DNA of 64,000 nt, taken from positions 3,716 through 67,715 of IMG/VR virus record IMGVR_UViG_3300037423_000582; one strand, 5' to 3'. A program made the translations under genes and the position numbers. Positions 1-8,753 of this stretch are shown piece by piece. The DNA comes from a virus (lineage: Duplodnaviria; Caudoviricetes). How positions within the stretch are numbered: the first letter of the stretch is position 1; every line of letters begins with the position of its first letter. Under the pieces are notes generated by a model. It saw nothing but the letters and a program-made list of their open reading frames with translations. It did no database searches and was not told the origin of the DNA.

Positions 1-561
1 GGCAAGGTGATCAATGCCATCAACGCGGCGGCCGTGCGCACCAAGCTGCTGCAGATCGCGTCCGGCGCCGTGTATGAGCACAGCGAACAGTATCATCTCG
101 TCGACGCCGGCCGTTACGAGCTGGTGATGGATCTGGTCGAGGACCGTAAGCACTCGATCGTGTTCTTCCTGTGGCAGCACCAGCGCGATTTCATGGTGGC
201 CGAAGCCGAGAAGCGCGGCATCAAGTACTGCGTTATCGACGGCAAGACGCCGGTGAAGCAGCGCAATGAGATGGTCAAGGACTATCAGGCCGGCTTCTAT
301 CAGGTCCTGTTCGCGCACCCGGCCAGTGCTGCGCACGGCCTCACGCTCACGCGCGCCACCACGACGATCTGGCCATCACCGACCGACAACCTGGAGTGGT
401 TCGTGCAGGGGAACAAGCGCGCGTTCCGCAACGGCCAGAAACAGAAGACCGAGACGATCATCGTGCTGTCGGACGTCGCAGTCGAGCAGGCGGTCTACAA
501 GAACCTGATGGGCAAGGATGCGCGCATGGGCAACCTGCTCGACCTGTTCGCGGGGCTGTGA
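1..561 (+). CDS. SNF2/SF2-type helicase, C-terminal part (5' truncated by window edge)
   Basis: Frame open from base 1. HelicC-like motifs: VLFAHPASAAHGLTLT and F.QGNKRAFRNGQ. Confidence 0.85.
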   Translation, partial: GKVINAINAAAVRTKLLQIASGAVYEHSEQYHLVDAGRYELVMDLVEDRKHSIVFFLWQHQRDFMVAEAEKRGIKYCVIDGKTPVKQRNEMVKDYQAGFYQVLFAHPASAAHGLTLTRATTTIWPSPTDNLEWFVQGNKRAFRNGQKQKTETIIVLSDVAVEQAVYKNLMGKDARMGNLLDLFAGL

Positions 562-899
562 TGGCGATTTCAGGCAACCGCGCCCAGTTCGAGACTGCGC
601 TGCAGTCCGTGTGCATGGCACACCGGATGAATCGGGATGATTTCATCGAGGCGCAGCAGGATGTCATAACTGGCCACGTCATGCTGACGTTCAAGGCGCC
701 GGTGTTCAGCCCGGACATGGTCGTGCTCGCGAACAAGATCCACAGTCTACTGAACGACGAGTTCCGTGGTGAAGTCGCCCGCGCCGCCGCTCCTGCCTTG
801 TCGGCGGGCGCCGCCACGCTGGCCGATGCCATTCTCAATCCAAAGCTGAGGATCATTACGATTGACCCAGCGGCATACAACCTGAAGGAGTACCTATGA
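561..899 (+). CDS. hypothetical protein
   Basis: ATG overlaps the helicase TGA; stop overlaps the thyX start (ATGA). Confidence 0.6.
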   Translation: MAISGNRAQFETALQSVCMAHRMNRDDFIEAQQDVITGHVMLTFKAPVFSPDMVVLANKIHSLLNDEFRGEVARAAAPALSAGAATLADAILNPKLRIITIDPAAYNLKEYL

Positions 900-1696
900 C
901 CGAAACCTCCGCGAAGATCGTGCTGCATTCTGTCGCACATACTCACGATCACCCGCTCGTCACGATGCAGCTGGTTTATCCACGCTTCATCCACAGCGAG
1001 TTCATGACGCACCGCGTCTTCTCGCGCAATGCCATGTCCTCGCGTGCCGTGCCGGTGGCGAAGATGATCGAGCAGGTGCGCACCAATCCAGCCATGCCGA
1101 TCCACTGGGGCGCCAACCAGCCGGGCATGCAGGCGAATGGCGAGGTGAATGCCGAAGCCAAGCAAGACGCGCAGATTCTGTGGTATCAGGCTGCGAATAT
1201 CGCTGCCAATGTGGCCGAGGTCATGAGTCGCGACCTGGGCCTGCATAAACAGGTCGTGAACCGCATCCTGGAGCCGTACCAGTGGATGCACACGATCGTG
1301 ACCGCCACCGAGTGGGACAACTTCTTCTCGCTGCGCCTGGATGCGGCGGCCGAGCCGAACATGCGCCGGCTGGCTGAGGTCATGCGCGACGCGATCAAGG
1401 ATTCGAAAGCCGTCGAGCGTACCTTCCATGCGCCGTATGTCAGCGACGACGAGATGAAGCAGTTGAACCCCGAGCAGGCGGCGTTGGTGAGCGCGGCGCG
1501 CTGTGCCCGCGTGTCGTACCTGAATCATGACGGTACGGCGCCGAGCATCGAGAAGGACCTTGCACTGGCCGATACGCTACGCACTAGCCAGCACGCCAGT
1601 CCATTCGAGCATCAGGCATGGGCGCTCTCCGAAGCCTATTACCACTCGCGCAATTTCCGTGGCTGGGAACAGTTCCGCGAACGTATTACACTCTGA
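896..1696 (+). CDS. thyX: flavin-dependent thymidylate synthase
   Basis: ThyX motif HSEFMTHRVFSRNAMSSRAVP and C-terminal HASPFEH. Confidence 0.92.
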   Translation: MTETSAKIVLHSVAHTHDHPLVTMQLVYPRFIHSEFMTHRVFSRNAMSSRAVPVAKMIEQVRTNPAMPIHWGANQPGMQANGEVNAEAKQDAQILWYQAANIAANVAEVMSRDLGLHKQVVNRILEPYQWMHTIVTATEWDNFFSLRLDAAAEPNMRRLAEVMRDAIKDSKAVERTFHAPYVSDDEMKQLNPEQAALVSAARCARVSYLNHDGTAPSIEKDLALADTLRTSQHASPFEHQAWALSEAYYHSRNFRGWEQFRERITL

Positions 1697-1760
1697 AACT
1701 CCCGCGCCTAATCCTGGGCGCCGGTATGCCTCGCAACCGAAACGAAAGGAGATGTCCCAG

Positions 1761-3878
1761 ATGGGATGGTCCACCGCAACGAAGACTGCAGTACCCAAGC
1801 CCCGAGCAGCGCGTGATATCCGTGAAGTAGTCCGCGACACTGTTGCTCCAATCCGCAACAACACCCGCCTGCACAAGCCCGACTGGGACCGGCTGGTGAC
1901 GCTCGACTTCGAGACGTTCTACGACGCCGACTATACGCTGCGCAAGCTGTCGACGTCCGAGTACATTCGCGATGAACGCTTCCACGCGCAGATGGTGGGC
2001 CTCAAGATCGGCAAGAAGGCAGTCAAGGATGTTCCGGCCAATCGCATTGGCGAAGCACTGGGCGAGATCGACTGGTCGACGCATTCGCTGCTCGCGCACC
2101 ATACGAATTTCGATGGCTTCATCCTGTCGCAGAAGTATGGCGTCAAGCCATTGTTCTACTACGACACGCTGTCGATGGCGCGCGGCCTGCACAGCAACGA
2201 CATCTCGGCCAAGCTGGATGACGTTGCCCAGTACTACGGCGTCGGCAACAAGATCGCTGGCGTGCTGGATTCGGCCAAGGGCATTCGCGATCTGCCGCCG
2301 ACCCTGTACAAAGCAATGGCTGCGTACTGCAAGGAAGACGTGCGCCTCACGTTCGAGATCTTCAAGATGATGCTGGAGCGGTATCCGCATGACGAGATCG
2401 AGCACATCAACCTGACCTGTCGCCTGTTCTGCGATCCGATCCTGAAGGTCGATTTGCCGCTGGTCGAGAAGGAACTGGCGCGCGAGATCGCCTACAAGGA
2501 AGCGCTGCTGCTGTCCTCGCTCGGCACCGAGAAGCAGATCGAGAAGATGATCAAGACGGGCGTGCCGGCCGAGAAGGAGGAGTTGAAGAAGCTCAAGGAC
2601 AAGGGCATCCTGGAGCCGACGCCGCGCGATATCCTACTCACACGCGCGAAGATCGCCATCTCGCGCGACAAGGTGTTCGCCGACATGCTCGAAGCGAACG
2701 GTGTCGAGCCGCCGATGAAGATCTCGCCGGCCTATTTCAAGAGCCGCGACCCGGAAAAGAAATGGGCGTATGCGTTCGCCAAGACCGATCTCGCATTCAC
2801 GTCCCTGCAGGAGCACCCGTCGCAGAAGATACGCGACCTCGTCGAAATGCGCCTGTCGGTCAAGTCTACGACGAATGAGACGCGCGCCGGTCGTTTCCTG
2901 AAGGCCGGTGCGGGTGGTGCCGCGCTGCCGGTGTACCTGAACTATTACGGTGCGCATACCGGCCGCTGGTCGGGCGGCAACAAGATGAACATGCAGAACC
3001 TCAAGCGCGAGGACCCGGACGATCCCGAGAACACCGGCATCCTGCGCAAGTCGATCCTGGCGCCGAAGGGCCACAAAGTCGTGGTCGTCGACTCCGGACA
3101 GATCGAGGCGCGCGTGAATGCATGGCTGGCCGGACAGGAAGACCTGCTGGATGCATTCCGACTGGCCGACGCTGGCCGCGACCGCGACGCCTACTGTAAG
3201 TTCGCTGACAAGATCTACGGCCGGCGCATCGAGAAGAAGGACAAGCTGGAGCGCTTCGTCGGCAAGATCGCCGTGCTGGGCCTGGGCTACCAGATGGGCG
3301 CCAACAAGTTTCAGAACACGCTGGCGCTAGGTACGATGGGTCCGCCGGTGTTCTTCGAGGAAGCGCTGTGCAAGTCCATCGTGAACACGTACCGGCGCGA
3401 GAACTACAAGATCGCGCAGTTCTGGGACTTCTGCAGCAAGACCATCCTGCCGCAGATGGCGCGCGGCATCGAGGGCGAGTACAAGTGTCTGCGTTGGGAG
3501 AAGGACCGTATCTGGCTGCCGAACGGCATGGCGCTGAAGTATCCGAACCTGCGCTGCGAGCGCAACGAGGATACGGGCTGGGACGAGTGGAGCTATGACC
3601 GCAAGGGCGAGCGCGCCAAGATCTACGGCGGCCTGCTGACCGAGAACATCGTCCAGGCGCTGGCGCGGATTATCGTCGCCGACCAGATGCTCGTGATCGA
3701 CAAGATGGGCCACCGGGTCGTCACGACCACGCACGACGAGGTCGTGACCGTCGTGAAGAATGCGCGCGCCGAGAAGTGCTACAAGGACATGCTGCGCGTG
3801 ATGCGCACGCCGCCTGCGTGGTGCGCCGATATCCCGTTGAACTGCGAGGGTGGCTATGCCGATAATTACTCTAAATGA
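1761..3878 (+). CDS. family A DNA polymerase with N-terminal 3'-5' exonuclease
   Basis: ExoI TLDFETFY; motif A VVVDSGQIEARV; motif B RFVGKIAVLGLGYQMG; motif C TTHDEVV. Start chosen from AAAGGAG at 1745-1751. Confidence 0.93.
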   Translation: MGWSTATKTAVPKPRAARDIREVVRDTVAPIRNNTRLHKPDWDRLVTLDFETFYDADYTLRKLSTSEYIRDERFHAQMVGLKIGKKAVKDVPANRIGEALGEIDWSTHSLLAHHTNFDGFILSQKYGVKPLFYYDTLSMARGLHSNDISAKLDDVAQYYGVGNKIAGVLDSAKGIRDLPPTLYKAMAAYCKEDVRLTFEIFKMMLERYPHDEIEHINLTCRLFCDPILKVDLPLVEKELAREIAYKEALLLSSLGTEKQIEKMIKTGVPAEKEELKKLKDKGILEPTPRDILLTRAKIAISRDKVFADMLEANGVEPPMKISPAYFKSRDPEKKWAYAFAKTDLAFTSLQEHPSQKIRDLVEMRLSVKSTTNETRAGRFLKAGAGGAALPVYLNYYGAHTGRWSGGNKMNMQNLKREDPDDPENTGILRKSILAPKGHKVVVVDSGQIEARVNAWLAGQEDLLDAFRLADAGRDRDAYCKFADKIYGRRIEKKDKLERFVGKIAVLGLGYQMGANKFQNTLALGTMGPPVFFEEALCKSIVNTYRRENYKIAQFWDFCSKTILPQMARGIEGEYKCLRWEKDRIWLPNGMALKYPNLRCERNEDTGWDEWSYDRKGERAKIYGGLLTENIVQALARIIVADQMLVIDKMGHRVVTTTHDEVVTVVKNARAEKCYKDMLRVMRTPPAWCADIPLNCEGGYADNYSK

Positions 3879-4140
3879 CCTACTGAATGGCGGCGCACGC
3901 GGCCTGGGCATGCAGATCAAGGTCGCGCCCGAGAATCTGGCACGGCTGGCGGAACTGAAGCCCGGCGAGGCGTTCGACCTAACCTACGAGATTACCTGTC
4001 AGGATGCTGGTGCCGGTGCGTCGGCGCAGCTCCAGGTTCGCTTGAATGATCCTTCGGACTTGTTCGCGGGTCATTCGATCGTCGCCGTGCTGGGCAACCT
4101 GCTGGCGCAGATCGTCGAGGCGAGGCTCGGCAATGGATGA
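3856..4140 (+). CDS. hypothetical protein with C-terminal LLAQIVEARL motif
   Basis: ORF in operon context; start uncertain (3850/3856/3910). Confidence 0.55.
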   Translation: MPIITLNDLLNGGARGLGMQIKVAPENLARLAELKPGEAFDLTYEITCQDAGAGASAQLQVRLNDPSDLFAGHSIVAVLGNLLAQIVEARLGNG

Positions 4141-4423
4141 CCTGATCCTCGCCATCGAGCATCTGGTCCGTGCTGGCTATACGCTGCATATCGCGCCCAA
4201 CGACGAGCCGATCACGAATATCCGGCAAGTCGTGGTTTCCGCATACGGGCCGACTGGCTCATGTGGCGAGTTTGCATTGACCGTGCAGGAAGCGCTGAGC
4301 CGTGTCATCGCCAAGATCGCCGAGGTGCGGCTGAGTGACAATGTGCCGCCGAAGCCGATGACGCCAGAGGAGGTCGAGGCGTCACTGAAGCGTCTGGGCA
4401 TTCCCTCCCGTGGCTCGCCCTGA
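4133..4423 (+). CDS. hypothetical protein (contains VIAKIAEVRL)
   Basis: ATG overlaps the end of the upstream gene; GAGG SD-like sequence upstream. Confidence 0.6.
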   Translation: MDDLILAIEHLVRAGYTLHIAPNDEPITNIRQVVVSAYGPTGSCGEFALTVQEALSRVIAKIAEVRLSDNVPPKPMTPEEVEASLKRLGIPSRGSP

Positions 4424-4473
4424 CCAGTCCGTAAAACAAAGCTGTACATTTCATAAAAGAAAGGATTACAATC

Positions 4474-4887
4474 ATGCCCGCAGGCAGCAATCGTGTCGTC
4501 AAGAAGGGTCCGGCGCCCATCGGTCTCCAGATCGACGCGCTGTACAAGCTGAAGGAAGAATTGCGCGCGCATCAGGCCAAGGAGGAGGCGATCAAGCTGA
4601 AGATCGCCGACGCCGAGGAGAAGCTGATGGCGACGATGGAGGAGCAGGGCGTCGACAAGTCGACCGGCAAGTCCGCCACGGTATCGATCTCCGAGACCGT
4701 GACCGGCAACGTCACCGACTGGGACGTGTTCGGCGCCTACATCATCAAGACGAAGCAGATGCACCTGCTGCAGCGTCGTATCAGCGATCCGGCAATTCGC
4801 GAGCTGTTCGCGCTCAAGGGCACCATCCCTGGCGTCGAACCGTTCACGAAGAAGCGCCTGAACGTGCGCAAAGTCGCCGAGAAGTAA
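4474..4887 (+). CDS. conserved phage coiled-coil protein (Gp157/Gam-like, tentative)
   Basis: AAAGGA SD; coiled-coil N-terminus, then VTDWDVFGAYI...LLQRRIS...IPGVE, typical of genes beside phage SSB/recombinases. Confidence 0.6.
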   Translation: MPAGSNRVVKKGPAPIGLQIDALYKLKEELRAHQAKEEAIKLKIADAEEKLMATMEEQGVDKSTGKSATVSISETVTGNVTDWDVFGAYIIKTKQMHLLQRRISDPAIRELFALKGTIPGVEPFTKKRLNVRKVAEK

Positions 4888-4957
4888 TCTGCGACTCATC
4901 ACTCACCGCCGTGAGGCGTCGGTATAACTAAACCCGTTAAATCCACAAGGAAGAAAC

Positions 4958-5764
4958 ATGGCAACTCGCAAACCCGCAGCAGCTCCGGCCGCCAAGCCCG
5001 CCACCAAACCCGGCACCGCCGTCGCAGTCAAGGGCAAGGCATCCGGCGGCGCACTGGTGTCGATCAAGGACCAGATGGCCGCCGAACTGGCTGCGCTGGG
5101 CGACCGTACCGCACCGGCCGGCGGCGACAAGATCCAGCTGAAGAACGACAAGACGTTCAACCTGCCGGACGGCACCAAGGCGAACCAGCTGGAAGTCGTG
5201 ATCGTCGACTTCATCGCGACCAACAACTTCTACGAAGGCGCCTACGACAAGGACAACATCCAGCCGCCGGCCTGCTTCGCCATCGGCCAGGTCATCAGCC
5301 AGATGGTCCCGAGCGACAACTCGCCGGTGAAGCAGTCGGACGCCTGCGCCACCTGCCCGATGAACCAGTTTGGCTCGTCCGGCAACGGCAAGGCATGCAA
5401 GAACATGCGCCGCCTTGCCGTGCTGCCGGCCGATGCCGATGCCGACACGCCGCTGCTGGTCCTGGACGTGTCGCCGACCGGCCTGAAGTCGTTCGACGGC
5501 TATGTCAAGTCGGTCGCCGCGAAGTTCAACATGCTGCCGATCGGTGTCGTCACCACGATCACGATGGACCCGAACGCCGACTATCCGTCGCTGCGTTTCG
5601 GCGATCCGCAGCCGAACGAGAACATCGAAGCGCACTGGTCGCGCCGCACCGAGGCACTGGAGCGCATCACGCAGGAACCGGACGTGTCGAGCTATGCGAC
5701 TCCGCAGCCGCCCAAGGGCCGCGGTGCACCGGCGCGCAAGCCGGCCACCGCCGTACGTCGTTGA
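4958..5764 (+). CDS. putative ssDNA-binding/annealing protein with Cys cluster
   Basis: AAGGAAG SD; CF...CATCPMNQFGS..GKACKN.RRLA; low-complexity termini; position in the replication module. Confidence 0.6.
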   Translation: MATRKPAAAPAAKPATKPGTAVAVKGKASGGALVSIKDQMAAELAALGDRTAPAGGDKIQLKNDKTFNLPDGTKANQLEVVIVDFIATNNFYEGAYDKDNIQPPACFAIGQVISQMVPSDNSPVKQSDACATCPMNQFGSSGNGKACKNMRRLAVLPADADADTPLLVLDVSPTGLKSFDGYVKSVAAKFNMLPIGVVTTITMDPNADYPSLRFGDPQPNENIEAHWSRRTEALERITQEPDVSSYATPQPPKGRGAPARKPATAVRR

Positions 5765-5776
5765 TCGGGCGGTGTA

Positions 5777-6028
5777 ATGGAAAAGGTTCGTCAGTGGCAT
5801 GTGACCGAGGCGCTATCGTCAATGAGGCGTCTGCACGAACTCATTGACGAGCTGACCGAGGAAGAAGTACTGGCGGCGCTCGAATTGGAGTCGGGTTCGC
5901 AGCGTCGTTCCTCGATCGTGGACCGGCTTATCTCCCGAGCCGTACGGCTCAATGAACTCAAATACTCAAAACAACTGAAGGAAAAATATCATGGCACGTC
6001 AATCGTCGAAAATCCTGTCCGCCGCTGA
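5777..6028 (+). CDS. small helical hypothetical protein
   Basis: 83-aa ORF in operon order. Confidence 0.65.
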   Translation: MEKVRQWHVTEALSSMRRLHELIDELTEEEVLAALELESGSQRRSSIVDRLISRAVRLNELKYSKQLKEKYHGTSIVENPVRR

Positions 6029-6458
6029 CCAGAAGGCCGCTGCTGTCGCTAACAAGAGCGCGTTGAAAGAAGCTGCTTCGGCGCTCAAGGCCGCCGCATC
6101 GGCCCTGGCCGCGCACAAGAAGGAAGCCGACAAGACGCTGAAGTCGGGCGAGAAGGAAGAAATCGCGGCGAACAAGGCGGCGGCGAAGAAGCAGAAGGAG
6201 CTGGAGTCGGCCGTGGCCAAGGCCGAGAAGATGCTGGCCAAGGCGCCGAAGAACGAGCTGGGTGTCGCCAAGAACGCACTGAAAGCCGCCCAGGCCGACC
6301 TGAAGGTTCACATCAAGCAGGTCGCCGAGGATAACAAGGCCCGCACCAAGGCCGCCCGCGACGCCGCCAAGGCTGCTGCCGCCAAGGCGAAGGAGCTGGA
6401 CAAGGCGCACGCCATCGCTGCCAGAGTGCACGCCAAGTTGACGCCAGCCGCTGCATAA
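5991..6458 (+). CDS. Ala/Lys-rich histone-like or coiled-coil protein
   Basis: AAGGA SD; composition dominated by A and K; followed by a terminator. Confidence 0.7.
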   Translation: MARQSSKILSAADQKAAAVANKSALKEAASALKAAASALAAHKKEADKTLKSGEKEEIAANKAAAKKQKELESAVAKAEKMLAKAPKNELGVAKNALKAAQADLKVHIKQVAEDNKARTKAARDAAKAAAAKAKELDKAHAIAARVHAKLTPAAA

Positions 6459-6479
6459 GCACGCGCGCACATCGTCTGG

Positions 6480-6507
6480 ACCCTGCGTGCGCGCAGGGTT
6501 TATTTTC
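6480..6507 (+). terminator. intrinsic terminator
   Basis: Stem ACCCTGCG/CGCAGGGT, 4-nt loop, then TTATTTT. Confidence 0.7.
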
Positions 6508-6527
6508 GCTTGGAATAAAGGAAGGTC

Positions 6528-7082
6528 ATGCCGCCAAAGAAGGAAAAATTCGATCACGTGATGATCGACCTGGAAACGCTGGACACGCTCCCGCATGCCG
6601 TGATCCTGTCGATCGGCGCGGTGAAGTTCAACGAGAAGAACATCGACGACGCCGCGTTCTATCGCGTCATTACGATCCAGTCCAATCTCGATGAGCACCG
6701 CACCATCAGCCCCAGCACGCTGCGCTGGTGGCTCGACCAGGATGCCAAGGCCAAGGCCGTGTTCGACCACAAGGAGCAGGTCTCGCTGGGCGACGCGCTC
6801 GATGAACTGCGTGTCTGGGGCGGCTCGCCGCTCGAATGGGAGTGCATGAAGGTTTGGGGCAATGGCTCGGACTTCGACTGCTCCATGCTGGCGCATGCGT
6901 ACGGCCAGCAGGGCACGCCGTGGAAGTTCTGGAACACGCGCTGCTTCCGTACGGTCAAGTCGATGGAAGCTGCCCGCGCCGTGCCTAAGCCCGCCAATCC
7001 GGCCGCCCACAATGCGCTGGCCGACGCGCTCGCGCAAGCCCAGCACCTCCAGGCCATCTGGGCCGCCGGGATCGGCAAGTGA
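6528..7082 (+). CDS. DEDD 3'-5' exonuclease (Rv2179c/DUF5051-like)
   Basis: VMIDLETL...AVILSIGAV, WGNGSDFD, HNALADA. Confidence 0.85.
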   Translation: MPPKKEKFDHVMIDLETLDTLPHAVILSIGAVKFNEKNIDDAAFYRVITIQSNLDEHRTISPSTLRWWLDQDAKAKAVFDHKEQVSLGDALDELRVWGGSPLEWECMKVWGNGSDFDCSMLAHAYGQQGTPWKFWNTRCFRTVKSMEAARAVPKPANPAAHNALADALAQAQHLQAIWAAGIGK

Positions 7083-7213
7083 AGAACTTCCTGGCCGCCT
7101 TTGGCGCGTTCTGGCTGATGTTTATCCTGGCCGGCGCGCTGAAACTCGTCGAGTTCCGCGTGTACGCGGGCGAGGCTCCCATTCCCAAATATTTTTGCGA
7201 GGCAGATTCATGA
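7079..7213 (+). CDS. small membrane protein (44 aa)
   Basis: GTG start overlaps the upstream TGA; hydrophobic FLAAFGAFWLMFILAGAL; stop overlaps the next ATG. Confidence 0.5.
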   Translation: MKNFLAAFGAFWLMFILAGALKLVEFRVYAGEAPIPKYFCEADS

Positions 7214-7563
7214 CCGTCACCACCCATACCGACGTACAACAGACCCTGTCCGAGCGCGGTGAGCGCTATGGCTCATTCGAGTACCATGCCGCGATCGCAC
7301 AGGACCTGCAGGATGTGATGCGCAATGCGAATTACGGCAAAGGCTGGAACAATCTCGCTGCGGATCAACGCCAGGCGCTGACTGTCATCGCCGATAAGAT
7401 CGCGCGCATGCTCAATGGTGATCCGAACTACCGCGACAACTGGCATGACATCGTTGGTTATGCCAAGCTGGTCGATGACCGTATGGCGTGCGCTGAACTG
7501 GATGCGAAGGCCGAGGTATTGTTGGCGCAGCAGGTCAAGACCAGCGCCCGGCGCCGCGCATGA
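7210..7563 (+). CDS. DUF6378-like protein
   Basis: TLSERGERYG.F...ALTVIADKIARMLNGDPNYRDNWHDIVGYAKLV matches the recalled family pattern. Confidence 0.75.
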   Translation: MTVTTHTDVQQTLSERGERYGSFEYHAAIAQDLQDVMRNANYGKGWNNLAADQRQALTVIADKIARMLNGDPNYRDNWHDIVGYAKLVDDRMACAELDAKAEVLLAQQVKTSARRRA

Positions 7564-7976
7564 GCAAGCCCGAGACCACGTTCACGGCTGGCGTGCACAA
7601 GCACCTGCCGCCGGGCCGCGAAGACCCGTACTGGATGAAAAACAACAATCTGTACACGTCCGGCATCTGGGACGTGTGGTACTCCGGGCCGTTCCGCGAT
7701 CTGTGGGTCGAGTACAAGTTCATCGAGCTGCCCAAGCGCGACGATACGATGATCGATTTCGGTTTGTCCGAATTACAGAAGCAGTGGGGCCGCGACCGTG
7801 AACGTGAAGGCCGCAATCTCGCTGTGATCGTTGGTTGTAAAGAAGGTGGCGTGATCCTGCGTGGCCCGAGTGTGTGGGAACCTACGATGACTCGTGAACG
7901 CTTCGCAGGGCTACTTGTTTCGCGCAAGAACATCGCCCAGTGGATCATGGACTTCACCGTGACAGGCAACGTATGA
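7560..7976 (+). CDS. PD-(D/E)xK nuclease (VRR-NUC/resolvase-like)
   Basis: E near the N-terminus, SGIWDV...LWVEYK catalytic-type pattern. Confidence 0.75.
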   Translation: MSKPETTFTAGVHKHLPPGREDPYWMKNNNLYTSGIWDVWYSGPFRDLWVEYKFIELPKRDDTMIDFGLSELQKQWGRDREREGRNLAVIVGCKEGGVILRGPSVWEPTMTRERFAGLLVSRKNIAQWIMDFTVTGNV

Positions 7977-8146
7977 ACTTTCTCCCACTTTTCACCACGG
8001 CGCGGGTCGTGCGCTCGTCGTACCAGATCGTCTTGACGATCTGGTTGTTCTATCACCTCGTCAAGCGCATCAACGAGCGGCAGGGGCCACGGCACCGCAG
8101 CCCGCGCTATAGCGGTCGCGATGGCCGGTGGCTGGACGTCGGCTAG
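7973..8146 (+). CDS. small hypothetical protein, possible single TM
   Basis: ATGA overlap; hydrophobic IVLTIWLFYHLV. Confidence 0.45.
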   Translation: MNFLPLFTTARVVRSSYQIVLTIWLFYHLVKRINERQGPRHRSPRYSGRDGRWLDVG

Positions 8147-8147
8147 C

Positions 8148-8423
8148 ATGGCGCGGGCACGCAAGACCGGCGCGACGCCAAAGGATGACTGGACGCCACG
8201 CAACCAGGAGGATGCACTCGAACAGGGCTGGGGCGTGTTCGAGTGCATCGACGAGAAGACGCGCAAACTGTTCCTGATCCTTCAGGCGGAAGGCCCGCGC
8301 TTCGACAGTGACAACGATGCGCGCGCGTTCGTTAAGACCCAGTCGGAGCAGGGCGACGCGCTCGCGACCCGAGCCATGCGCGCGGTATTTCTCAGCATGG
8401 CCGGAAAGGCGAAGGCAAAATAA
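8148..8423 (+). CDS. hypothetical protein
   Basis: ORF abutting both neighbours. Confidence 0.6.
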   Translation: MARARKTGATPKDDWTPRNQEDALEQGWGVFECIDEKTRKLFLILQAEGPRFDSDNDARAFVKTQSEQGDALATRAMRAVFLSMAGKAKAK

Positions 8424-8744
8424 ATGACACTGACCAAAGAGCAGATCGAAGCGATTCACCGGAACAAACGCATCCAGCCCTACATCGCCCGCATGGGCCA
8501 GTCGGTCGGGTTCCTGTGGAACCAGCTGGGCATTGAAGCGCGCACCGCCGTGATGGACATGGTCGACGGCTCGCCGGGCCTGGATGAGAAAATCGTCGAG
8601 TGGGCGATCGAGTTCGACGAGGTGTGGGAAGCGCGCGGGAAGATCCTCAACAACGATCAAGTCGGCGACTTCATGGACCAGATCACGAACTTCACCGACG
8701 CCAAGATCAAGGCTCTCGTCGCCGAGGCGCGGCTTACACAATAA
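8424..8744 (+). CDS. hypothetical protein, paralog of the N-terminus of 8754-9470
   Basis: QLG...R.A.MD.VDGS.GL...WA.EF.E.W.AR shared with the next gene. Confidence 0.7.
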   Translation: MTLTKEQIEAIHRNKRIQPYIARMGQSVGFLWNQLGIEARTAVMDMVDGSPGLDEKIVEWAIEFDEVWEARGKILNNDQVGDFMDQITNFTDAKIKALVAEARLTQ

Positions 8745-8753
8745 AGGAATACC

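Noticed and set aside
1761-3878. Intein or intron in the polymerase (Lys/Glu-rich insert in the thumb region)
   Set aside because: The insert is short and lacks Cys/Ser start and His-Asn end splice motifs; the frame is continuous.
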